61,031 nt of DNA from a virus (taxonomy: Duplodnaviria > Caudoviricetes): positions 1 to 61,031 of the IMG/VR virus record IMGVR_UViG_3300006920_000008. One strand, 5' to 3'. The position numbers and the translations under genes were made by a program. The notes under the pieces are model-generated. The model was not told the origin of the DNA. It made no database searches and worked only from the letters and a program-made list of their open reading frames with translations. Shown here piece after piece: positions 9,561 to 17,127 of this stretch (within the stretch, counting starts at the first letter, position 1; each line of letters begins with the position of its first letter).

Positions 9561-9745
9561 TTTGATTTGATTTGGTTATCTTCTTCTAAGAATACTTCAT
9601 CCAAGTAATATCCTTTTGTTCTGTGTATGTAAGCTATGAAATTATCCATATGCTTTTGGTCTTTAAACTCCTTGGTCAATGTCCAAAGAGATTTCCCTCT
9701 GCCGTAAGGAATCTTACCGGTTTCGAATTGTAATGTTGCTTTCAT
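9557..9745 (-). CDS. hypothetical protein
   Basis: 62-aa ORF overlapping the next gene by ATGA. Confidence 0.6.
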   Translation of the reverse strand: MKATLQFETGKIPYGRGKSLWTLTKEFKDQKHMDNFIAYIHRTKGYYLDEVFLEEDNQIKSK

Positions 9746-9746
9746 A

Positions 9747-9914
9747 TCATCTTGATTTTACTGCGTTAAACTTCGCTCTGATTATCCAAGGGAACTTGCT
9801 TATGTTGTCGTTATAAACTCTATCAATTGCTTCCCATTTAGAATGAGCAGGTAAGACTTTAATTAGCTTACCTGCATACCTAACTTTGTAGTAGTGTTGA
9901 ACTTCTCTATGCAT
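9747..9914 (-). CDS. small hypothetical protein (55 aa)
   Basis: Manual ORF MHREVQHYYKVRYAG...; fills the gap. Confidence 0.55.
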   Translation of the reverse strand: MHREVQHYYKVRYAGKLIKVLPAHSKWEAIDRVYNDNISKFPWIIRAKFNAVKSR

Positions 9915-10143
9915 TGTGTCTTTCTTTTATATCAGCTACAATTAAACCTATTGTTGCCCACATACAGAACAACAAGAATGCAAATACAATGAACATTGAC
10001 AATGCACCACTGATGGTCTGTAATAGACTTCTTGCATCGTTAAGTACAATGTGAATTAATAGTCTTCCCACCATTGAGAAAACTCCTAAAGTGATTGCGA
10101 TGTACAGAACTGATTCTGCGTAATTTTTGATTTGATTTTTCAT
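9907..10143 (-). CDS. small membrane protein (2 TM)
   Basis: Two hydrophobic stretches. Confidence 0.65.
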   Translation of the reverse strand: MKNQIKNYAESVLYIAITLGVFSMVGRLLIHIVLNDARSLLQTISGALSMFIVFAFLLFCMWATIGLIVADIKERHNA

Positions 10144-10164
10144 TTTATTATAAATTAAATTAAT

Positions 10165-10222
10165 GCTTCTGTTTCATCCTTTTGGAATCATCAGTCAAGG
10201 TACACACCTTGATACAGAAAGC
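10165..10222 (-). ncRNA. type III hammerhead ribozyme
   Basis: Minus strand GCUUUCUG-UA^UCAAGGU-GUGU-ACCUUGA-CUGAUGA-UUCC-AAAA-GGAU-GAAA-CAGAAGC: conserved core plus three stems. Confidence 0.8.
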
Positions 10223-10252
10223 AGTTTTACATCTTGCTTAGGATATTGTTTG

Positions 10253-11203
10253 TTATGGTCTGTATCCGTTTGTTAACAAATCTCTGTCGTACCATTTCTG
10301 TGCATCTAATCTTCGCATTGGGTCACAGAATGGAATTACATCACGATTCACTTTGTGAGTAAGAATCATCTTGCGGAATGATTTCGCCAAGGAGATTATC
10401 TCAGCCACTTTCGTTTCATCATTGTTGTACATTGACTTCACAATTGGTGTTACTCTTTTAAGGAATGTGTTATGACTTCCGTTAGGATTGTTGATTGAGA
10501 AATCAAGTAACTCATACATCAATTCGTATCTTCTCATCATCTGCTTTACAGATTGGAATCTGCTTGGCAATCTAAACTCGATGCAGTTACCTTTCACAAG
10601 GATAACTTTGTATCTACCACCACCCCACATCATTGAATCTGTTGTGTCTGATGGCATCAATGTCATATTACCTCGGCAGTAAGAATTGTTTAATCTCTTA
10701 CGGAATAAAGACATAATGATTCCGGCATTCTTACGAACTGCTTCGAGCAAATCATCTCCACTCATACCTTGAACTGCGATTGTGATATGTCCACCACAAT
10801 TTGTTGAACTTGGAGAGTATTGGTCCTCGATTACTTTTCTCGCTTCAAACATCATATTGAAAACTTTGTTTCTCCACTTTCCACTTGGTAGTAATGGAAG
10901 AATGTTTGTCACTGCTTCATAGCCACAAGAAGAATCTCTTTCGAATCCGCAAAACAATGGGTATTCTTTCACTGCACCTCTGTGCAATCTGTTCTTCTCT
11001 ACTTCCATTCCGATAGTGAATTTAGAATCGTAGTTACCATCGCCTAAATCGACAAGGTTACGTTTCTGTGAAGACTTCAATGCTTTAATATCTGAAGACT
11101 TTGCACCTTTCGACATATCTCTGAAAGATGGCTTTCTGTGGTAAGAAGACATAACTCCTCTATCTCTTCTACCTTCTGTTGTGTATTGAATTTCTGTACT
11201 CAT
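10253..11203 (-). CDS. putative amidoligase (COOH-NH2 ligase, Amidoligase_2-like)
   Basis: TIGMEVE, ERDSS, YEAVT, CGGHITI, RYK, IEFR; likely start MSTEIQ. Confidence 0.75.
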   Translation of the reverse strand: MSTEIQYTTEGRRDRGVMSSYHRKPSFRDMSKGAKSSDIKALKSSQKRNLVDLGDGNYDSKFTIGMEVEKNRLHRGAVKEYPLFCGFERDSSCGYEAVTNILPLLPSGKWRNKVFNMMFEARKVIEDQYSPSSTNCGGHITIAVQGMSGDDLLEAVRKNAGIIMSLFRKRLNNSYCRGNMTLMPSDTTDSMMWGGGRYKVILVKGNCIEFRLPSRFQSVKQMMRRYELMYELLDFSINNPNGSHNTFLKRVTPIVKSMYNNDETKVAEIISLAKSFRKMILTHKVNRDVIPFCDPMRRLDAQKWYDRDLLTNGYRP

Positions 11204-11223
11204 AATATCTGTGGTTTTAGATT

Positions 11224-11239
11224 GTGTCTTTGAAGACAC
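11224..11239. repeat. 16-bp palindromic motif, copy 6 (intergenic)
   Basis: GTGTCTTTGAAGACAC about 20 bp upstream of the amidoligase start. Confidence 0.95.
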
Positions 11240-11241
11240 TA

Positions 11242-11886
11242 TTATTGATTAATTGAATTTTGTAAAAACTGAATTGCGTTTGCAATCTCTTCTAAATTGT
11301 TACCGGATACATTTCCTTGGTCATCAATTCTAATAGATAGATTTGTTCCGTTAGGATTTTTGTATGTCATCACAAATTGATAGTTAACTCTATCTTGCTC
11401 TACAGATGCTTCAGCAATTACTTCTGCTTCTGCTTCAGCAATCTCTTCTTCTGTAGCATCTTCACTAACTTCAATAGCAGTTAAATCTATTGTTCTGCTA
11501 AACTCAAGCAATCCGGCAATTGAACGATTTGCATCTTGTCCGACTTCATCACATTTAGTGTTGAATGCATCTACTATTCTTTGGTCAAGGTTAGCCACCT
11601 TGATTAGCTTGTAGAAGAATGACTTCTGATATCCGAAGACTTTCTTACCGAACTCTTCTTTGTTCCATTCAATTCCCTCTTCACGAAAGATTGCTTTTGC
11701 TTCATCACTTCCGAACCATTCAACTGCTTCGCCAATTAGCTTAGCAAGTTTTGTTGTGTGATTGAATTTGCTCTTGTGAGCATTGTCGATTGAACGCTGA
11801 ATGCGTTTCACTTCATTTAGTTTCAGTGATTCTTTCACTGATGGCATTCTTAAGAATGCATTTTCGATTTCTAATAATTGACTCAT
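11242..11886 (-). CDS. hypothetical protein, first gene of the leftward arm
   Basis: 214 aa with an acidic linker. Confidence 0.75.
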   Translation of the reverse strand: MSQLLEIENAFLRMPSVKESLKLNEVKRIQRSIDNAHKSKFNHTTKLAKLIGEAVEWFGSDEAKAIFREEGIEWNKEEFGKKVFGYQKSFFYKLIKVANLDQRIVDAFNTKCDEVGQDANRSIAGLLEFSRTIDLTAIEVSEDATEEEIAEAEAEVIAEASVEQDRVNYQFVMTYKNPNGTNLSIRIDDQGNVSGNNLEEIANAIQFLQNSINQ

Positions 11887-12097
11887 TGTCTGTTAATTTT
11901 AAGTTAAATAATTGATTTTCAGTTACTTAGGGTTGTTCGAGACTCTCTCGTTCCCTTTGCATACTGCAATATACACAATTCTTTTCTAATATTAGTCTAA
12001 TTCTATAATAAACTTTGTCTCTCTCTTTTCTCTTTCTATTTACGCAGTTTTGTTTACCCTTAAAAATCTTCGCACAGAGGTTAAGCAAAGTCTCTTT

Positions 12098-12113
12098 GTG
12101 TCTTCAAGGACAC
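12098..12113. repeat. 16-bp palindromic motif, copy 7 (variant GTGTCTTCAAGGACAC)
   Basis: One mismatch to the consensus; lies in the divergent intergenic region. Confidence 0.8.
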
Positions 12114-12205
12114 TATGTAATAGCTTTTACTCAAGGAATGGAGGAGAGGAGAGGAAGAACAGACAAACAACAGGAGATGTAACCGGAAGACGAGACGTTA
12201 AACGT

Positions 12206-12246
12206 CAGCAGCAGCAGCAGCAATATGTATTGCAGCAGCAGCAGCG
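12206..12246. repeat. CAG trinucleotide runs
   Basis: (CAG)5 CAA...(GCA)4 in non-coding DNA. Confidence 0.8.
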
Positions 12247-12394
12247 ATGAGGTCAAATAAAAAGCTAAAAAAATCCGGATGCGAGGATAAAAAGCATACC
12301 CCACCCCTCTAAAAAAAATCGGTTTTCGTTTTGGGGTCCGGCTGCGTGTGCCCGGGGGGAACCTAAACAGTATACATACCTAATATATTTTTTG

Positions 12395-12402
12395 TATATT
12401 TG
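12395..12402 (+). promoter_or_regulatory. -7 promoter element TATATTTG
   Basis: TAnnTTTG 16 bp before the ATG at 12419. Confidence 0.6.
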
Positions 12403-12418
12403 TACAAAAGCATTAGAT

Positions 12419-12613
12419 ATGAAAATGAAATTTCAAAGTATGGGAGGTCTTAGAGTTGAGAAGGGAAGACTTATCAATGATAGACCCGATGGTATTACAG
12501 GTATCGCACAAGCTGCTCAATTGCGAAAGACTTTACATAGAGCAAGGAAAGTTGATATGATGGCTGACGGCATAGAACTTGCTGAAGGCAGAAAGAACTT
12601 CTACAGAATGTAG
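12419..12613 (+). CDS. small hypothetical protein
   Basis: MKMKFQSMGGLRVEKGRLINDRP..., flanked by a promoter and a terminator. Confidence 0.7.
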   Translation: MKMKFQSMGGLRVEKGRLINDRPDGITGIAQAAQLRKTLHRARKVDMMADGIELAEGRKNFYRM

Positions 12614-12640
12614 TTGATTTTGATTTGATTGATTGATAGG

Positions 12641-12674
12641 AAAGGAGGAGCATAATATGTTCCTCTTTTTTTTT
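12641..12674 (+). terminator. intrinsic terminator, possibly bidirectional with the tRNA
   Basis: GAGGAGCATA/TATGTTCCTC stem plus T9. Confidence 0.7.
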
Positions 12675-12675
12675 G

Positions 12676-12749
12676 TACACCCATCAGGATTCGAACCTGA
12701 GACCTACTCATTAGAAGTGAGTTGTTCTATCCAACTGAACTATGGGTGC
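12676..12749 (-). tRNA. tRNA-Arg (anticodon TCT), CCA not encoded
   Basis: GCACCCA acceptor stem, D-arm AGTTGGATA, anticodon arm ACTCA-CTTCTAA-TGAGT, T-loop GGTTCGAATCC. Confidence 0.93.
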
Positions 12750-12751
12750 AT

Positions 12752-12900
12752 TCAACATAGAGATGTTATTTTCTATGTTATTTAATTTTACTTAACTTAT
12801 TGATTATCAGTTTATTATTTTATTTATGTTGATTATGTTAAAAATATTCTATCATAGATAGTAATTGAAAAAAATAAATAAAGTAGTAGTAGTAGTATAG
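12752..12900. promoter_or_regulatory. second copy of the iteron/IHF-like element
   Basis: TAACTTATTGATTATCAGT 12793-12811; TTATGTTGATTATGTT 12824-12839; inverted TCAACATA 12752. Confidence 0.5.
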
Positions 12901-12977
12901 AGAGTCAATGTTTCTTCATATAGTAATTTAGACAAAATATATACATACTGTTCTTGTGCTAAGATAAATATAATTCG

Positions 12978-12985
12978 TATCTTTG
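12978..12985 (+). promoter_or_regulatory. -7 promoter element TATCTTTG for groEL
   Basis: TAnnTTTG consensus. Confidence 0.6.
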
Positions 12986-13006
12986 AGCAAATTAAATTAA
13001 ATTAAA

Positions 13007-14602
13007 ATGTCAGAAATAGGATACACACCAAAGAACCTACAATTCGATAGCGAAGGTAGAGACAAACTATTCAAAGGAATAGAACAAATTGCTAAAGCAG
13101 TTAAGTCAACCTTAGGACCTTCCGGTCAAACAGTTCTTATTGAATCACCAAACCACACTAACGGAATTACTGTAACTAAAGACGGAGTGACAGTAGCTAA
13201 AGCAGTTTCACTAATTGACCCAACAGAAAACTTGGCAGTTAAGATAATGAAACAAGCTTCTGAACGAACCGCAACACAAGCAGGAGACGGAACAACTACT
13301 GCTATTGTTTTAACTGAGGCAATTGTAGAAGCAGCCAAACACATTATTAATGACTCTAACAAGACAGATGTTCTTAGGGACTTAATTAAAGAAACGAACT
13401 TGATTGTTTCTAACCTGAAGGCTAAAGCCAAGAAAGTAACTAATAAGATGCTGAAGGATGTAGCCACTATCTCCGCAAACAATGATGAAGAGTTAGGTGA
13501 TATTATAGCATCAGTTTATAAGAAGGTTGGTACAGATGGTATAGTAGCCGTGGATAAATCTCAAACATCAGATACATATTATGAAACCACAAATGGATTA
13601 AAAATTCAAAGAGGTTATGAATCACCATTGTTCGTAAACAATCAAAGGAAGGATGAATGTGTTCTTGAAGACTCTTATGTATTAGTTAGTGATGCACCAA
13701 TTGAAAATATATTAAGTATAGAGAGTATACTTAAACCAATTATACAAGGAAATAAAAAGTTACTAATCATAGCACCAACCTCACAAAACGTAACGAACAC
13801 TTTAGCTGCTAACGTTATGAAGAGTAATTTAAAGTTATGTGCTATAGGTCCACCATCATTCGGATACAAGCAACACGAACTAATGCAAGACATTGCTATT
13901 AGCGTTGGAGCAACTTACTTTAGTGAAAAGACCGGGGATGATTTATCATTGATGACAGAAAAAGATTTGGGTCACTGTGCTAAGGTGATAGTTAGCCGTG
14001 ACTCAACGGTCATCATAAAAGATGATGAAGAGTTAAATGATACCGTAGGGAAAAGAGTAGCGGAACTTAGGGTTGCTATGACAAATGAAAAACGTAAAGA
14101 AGAAAAGGAGTTTATCTTAAGTAGAATCGCAACACTAAATGGTGGTGTCGGTGTAATATACGTTGGTGGTCAAACAGACTTAGAACAAAAAGAATTATAC
14201 GATAGAGTTGATGATGCAGTATGTGCAGTACGTTCAGCTTTAGAGGAAGGCATACTTCCGGGAGGTGGTTCAGCATTAATGCAAGAAGCACACCGCATTG
14301 ATTTCAGTAAAGGTGAAACCACAGTTGCTCAACAAATTTTAGTGAAAGCACTTCGTGCTCCTATGTTTCAGATATGGGAGAACGCAGGTATTAAATATGA
14401 AGGTCAGTATGAAGCTTCAAAAGTAGAATACAATGATGGCTTTGATGTAAAGGAAAGAAGGTGGGGAGATATGTATAAGATGGGAATCATTGACCCACTA
14501 AAGGTAACTAAGTCCGCATTACAAAATGCAGTGTCGGTTGCAGTAACTATTTTATCAACCAATGCTATTATTACAATGGCAAGAACATACGAACAGAAAT
14601 GA
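13007..14602 (+). CDS. groEL: phage chaperonin GroEL
   Basis: TLGPSG, VTKDGVTVA, AGDGTTTA, ATISAN, EEGILPGGG, GIIDP; no GGM tail. Confidence 0.97.
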   Translation: MSEIGYTPKNLQFDSEGRDKLFKGIEQIAKAVKSTLGPSGQTVLIESPNHTNGITVTKDGVTVAKAVSLIDPTENLAVKIMKQASERTATQAGDGTTTAIVLTEAIVEAAKHIINDSNKTDVLRDLIKETNLIVSNLKAKAKKVTNKMLKDVATISANNDEELGDIIASVYKKVGTDGIVAVDKSQTSDTYYETTNGLKIQRGYESPLFVNNQRKDECVLEDSYVLVSDAPIENILSIESILKPIIQGNKKLLIIAPTSQNVTNTLAANVMKSNLKLCAIGPPSFGYKQHELMQDIAISVGATYFSEKTGDDLSLMTEKDLGHCAKVIVSRDSTVIIKDDEELNDTVGKRVAELRVAMTNEKRKEEKEFILSRIATLNGGVGVIYVGGQTDLEQKELYDRVDDAVCAVRSALEEGILPGGGSALMQEAHRIDFSKGETTVAQQILVKALRAPMFQIWENAGIKYEGQYEASKVEYNDGFDVKERRWGDMYKMGIIDPLKVTKSALQNAVSVAVTILSTNAIITMARTYEQK

Positions 14603-14856
14603 AACCAATAGGACACTACATATTAATTAGACAAATAAAAGAAGAGATTAAGACAGAGTCAGGTTTGTTATTATCTGCAGATGATGTATCTAACATAAGA
14701 TACAAAAAAGCTAAAGTTGTAAAGCCGGGAACAGATGTTTCTCACATTGCAGCAGAAGATATAATTTACTATGACTCAAGAGCAGGACACACAATGGTAA
14801 TCAAAGACGAACAATATACAGTTATTTCTGAGAGGGATGTTGTTGTTGTCGAATAG
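14599..14856 (+). CDS. groES: co-chaperonin GroES
   Basis: MKPIG..ILI...KTESGLLL...VVKPG...ISERDVV; overlaps the groEL stop. Confidence 0.9.
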   Translation: MKPIGHYILIRQIKEEIKTESGLLLSADDVSNIRYKKAKVVKPGTDVSHIAAEDIIYYDSRAGHTMVIKDEQYTVISERDVVVVE

Positions 14857-15252
14857 TCTTGTTTAGCTTTTTAATGTAATTCCTGTACACCTTATCTGTA
14901 TAGTTTGCTCCTTCCAAGAATAGAGGGTTTGAAGATTTACTTTCAGGTATTTCTTCTCCCTCTAATTTTTTATATAAAGATGTTATCATTCTTTGAGCCT
15001 TATAAGATAATTGGTATATGGCTCTACGCTTTCCTTCTTTCTTTCTAAAAGAATCTATCCAACCTTCCTTTCTTAATTTTTCAAATCTATTTTATCCCAA
15101 CTTAAGAGTTCGTCAAACTCATCAAAGTTATCTTTTGAAAAATATTTTTCGCTTCTCAAAAAGAGAAGCATTTCCAATTCCGCTTGACTTATGTCGTATT
15201 TCTTTTTGACATAGTACCTTATTACTCGCCAATATTTGAGGTAATCAACCAT
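14822..15252 (-). pseudogene. MarR/winged-helix-like protein with an apparent 1-nt frameshift near 15090 (possible sequencing error)
   Basis: MVDYLKYW...DISQAELEMLLFL...WDK, then a second frame RFEKLRKEGWI...KRRAIYQLSYKAQ...PSQK*. Confidence 0.65.
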
Positions 15253-15266
15253 TCGATTAAATTTAA

Positions 15267-15285
15267 TATCTTTGTAACAAAGATA
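15267..15285. promoter_or_regulatory. face-to-face -7 elements TATCTTTG-taa-CAAAGATA
   Basis: Perfect inverted TAnnTTTG pair between divergent genes. Confidence 0.6.
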
Positions 15286-15293
15286 CATTTATT

Positions 15294-15545
15294 ATGAGTG
15301 ACGAAAAGAAATCAAGACCTAACTCTCAAACTGAAGAGAATAAGTACAAAGAGGGTAAGGCAAAAGAAAGCACAACTGCAAACTTAAATATCTTTAAACC
15401 TAAAGATGTTACGAAGTGGTCAAGAAACACAAGAAGTGACAGAAACAATAGAAAAGTTTCTTCAGGTGGTAAGATAACTTTTGGAGGTTCAAAGCTTGGA
15501 ACAAGAATGCGTCTTCATAGAAAAAAGAACAATAGAACAACATAA
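15294..15545 (+). CDS. small basic protein
   Basis: 83 aa, K/R-rich. Confidence 0.6.
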   Translation: MSDEKKSRPNSQTEENKYKEGKAKESTTANLNIFKPKDVTKWSRNTRSDRNNRKVSSGGKITFGGSKLGTRMRLHRKKNNRTT

Positions 15546-15555
15546 ATATATTATT

Positions 15556-15819
15556 ATGCCGGATAAAGAAGATTTAAAAGCCAAGAAGAAAGCAGCGAGA
15601 GAAAAAAGAAGAACTGCAAGACAAGATGTTCGTTACAAAAAGAAGTTAAGAAAAGCTAAGAGTAAAGAAACTTTAGGTAAGCTTACGGGTAACGAAGTTA
15701 GACAGGTTAAAGGTGAAATTAAAATTGACAAGCTTAAAACAAAAAGAGCAAAGCAACTTGAGAGAAGAGGTAGAGATATGTCAAAGCCATTGTCAGATTC
15801 AAAGTTTGATGATGAATAA
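15556..15819 (+). CDS. small basic protein
   Basis: MPDKEDLKAKKKAAREKRR... Confidence 0.65.
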   Translation: MPDKEDLKAKKKAAREKRRTARQDVRYKKKLRKAKSKETLGKLTGNEVRQVKGEIKIDKLKTKRAKQLERRGRDMSKPLSDSKFDDE

Positions 15820-15937
15820 AAAACTTGTACCATATTTCTCTGCAGCTATAAAAAAGAATGGCAATCCTGATAAGTGGTCAGGACAGGCTAAACAAAAATA
15901 TATAGACAACAGTCCTTATAAAAAAATAAAGAGGTAA
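15809..15937 (+). CDS. small basic protein
   Basis: MMNKKLVPYFSAAIKK...; overlaps both neighbours. Confidence 0.5.
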   Translation: MMNKKLVPYFSAAIKKNGNPDKWSGQAKQKYIDNSPYKKIKR

Positions 15938-16294
15938 TGCCAAAAGATGCTTGTTACAGAAAGGCAATGAAGAGTTACGGTAAGTGGTCGGCTCGAGCTG
16001 CACAAGCAACTGCTAAGTGCCGTAAAAAAAAAGGTAAGGTACGAAAGACTGAGGCAGGTTCTAATTTAAAGAGGTGGACTAAAGAAAGATGGATAGATAC
16101 TCGAACAAACAAACCTTGGAACAGGAGGTAAGAGTGAATATTGTAGACCATCAAGAAGAGTGTCTTCAAAGACACCGGTTACCAAAAAAGAAATGTCACA
16201 AAAGACATTAAAGAAAAAACAATCTGAGAAAGCAAGAATCGGAAAACAAGGAGCCGGAGGTAGAAAAGTTAAGTCTGTTCGAAGAAGAAAATAA
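15937..16294 (+). pseudogene. basic Cys-containing phage protein with an apparent frameshift at ~16117
   Basis: MPKDACYRK...LKRWTKERWID...KP, then a second frame GTGGKSEYCRPSRRVSSKTP...RRRK*. Confidence 0.65.
16160..16175. repeat. 16-bp palindromic motif, copy 8 (GTGTCTTCAAAGACAC)
   Basis: Intragenic, encodes VSSKT. Confidence 0.95.
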
Positions 16295-16297
16295 TAT

Positions 16298-16591
16298 ATG
16301 GCAGTTAGTAAAAAAAATATGAAGTGTAACTCGGTTAGACCGAGCACAAGACCGGGCAAGAAGAAAATGGTAAAAGCCTGTGAAGGTGGAAAAGAAAAAC
16401 TAATTCACTTTGGTGCTAAAGGTTATGGTCATAATTATTCTGCTAAAGCGAGAAAATCTTTTAAAGCAAGACATAAATGTGGAACTGCTAAGTCTAAGTT
16501 GACGGCAAGGTATTGGTCCTGTAAAAAACTATGGGCAGGTAAAGGGGGAAGCACCAAGTCTTCACCAAAAAATAGACAAGGAAAATATTAG
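16298..16591 (+). CDS. small basic phage protein
   Basis: KKKMVKAC..KLIHFG...RKSFKARHKC...ARYWSCKKLW. Confidence 0.8.
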   Translation: MAVSKKNMKCNSVRPSTRPGKKKMVKACEGGKEKLIHFGAKGYGHNYSAKARKSFKARHKCGTAKSKLTARYWSCKKLWAGKGGSTKSSPKNRQGKY

Positions 16592-16618
16592 TATATTTGT
16601 AAAATAAAAAAAACAATT

Positions 16619-16819
16619 ATGGCACAGGGATATAATTCAAGACTCGATGAGTCAATGGGAGCAAGAAACGGAAAGAAGTCTCAATCATACAAGTCTCGTA
16701 GAAACGAGTCAAAAGGTATGGAAAAAGCAATGGGTAAAAAAGCATACTCAGGAAACAAGTCTTCAGCACAAGGATGCTATCACAATATGAATTTGAAATT
16801 CGTTAAACACAACTTCTAA
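16619..16819 (+). CDS. small basic protein
   Basis: MAQGYNSRLDES...; TATATTTG promoter at 16592. Confidence 0.7.
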   Translation: MAQGYNSRLDESMGARNGKKSQSYKSRRNESKGMEKAMGKKAYSGNKSSAQGCYHNMNLKFVKHNF

Positions 16820-16959
16820 TGGGGAAACTATTTGTAAAGATGGGATTGTGGATGCAATCCGTTTGGTGTAAATTCCAATGTAAATGGAATTGGCTTGTAT
16901 CTAAGTTAATGTTTAATGTGGATTCTTGTCCTAACAAATTGTGCACTTGTAAAAAATAA
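16819..16959 (+). CDS. small Cys/Trp-rich protein (46 aa)
   Basis: Manual ORF MGKLFVKMGLWMQSVWCKFQCKWN...CPNKLCTCKK. Confidence 0.55.
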   Translation: MGKLFVKMGLWMQSVWCKFQCKWNWLVSKLMFNVDSCPNKLCTCKK

Positions 16960-16965
16960 ATCAAA

Positions 16966-17121
16966 ATGAAATCAAAAGGACTCGGAGATACTGTAGAAAA
17001 AATAACAACTGCCACAGGTATTAAACAAATTGTTGAAGCCGGAGCCAAAGTTTTAAAAAGAGACTGCGGATGTGGGAAAAGGAAAAAAATGTTAAACGAC
17101 AAGTTTCCTTATAAAAAATAA
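16966..17121 (+). CDS. small phage protein (51 aa)
   Basis: Manual ORF MKSKGLGDTVEKITTATGIK...DCGCGKRKKMLN. Confidence 0.7.
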   Translation: MKSKGLGDTVEKITTATGIKQIVEAGAKVLKRDCGCGKRKKMLNDKFPYKK

Positions 17122-17127
17122 AAAGAT

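Noticed and set aside
7785-11239. ORF-track starts 'MSSKT' at 7823 and 11239
   Set aside because: The GTG comes from the palindrome; downstream ATGs at 7784 and 11203 with AT-rich leaders are more plausible
12050-12250. Poly-Gln ORF
   Set aside because: TTG start and low-complexity CAG-derived sequence in an atypical intergenic region; probably not coding
12676-12749. tRNA as an attP/prophage boundary
   Set aside because: No integrase, duplicated tRNA 3' end or host genes are seen
13658-13673. GTGTTCTTGAAGACTC in groEL as another palindrome copy
   Set aside because: Three mismatches and broken symmetry; compatible with chance
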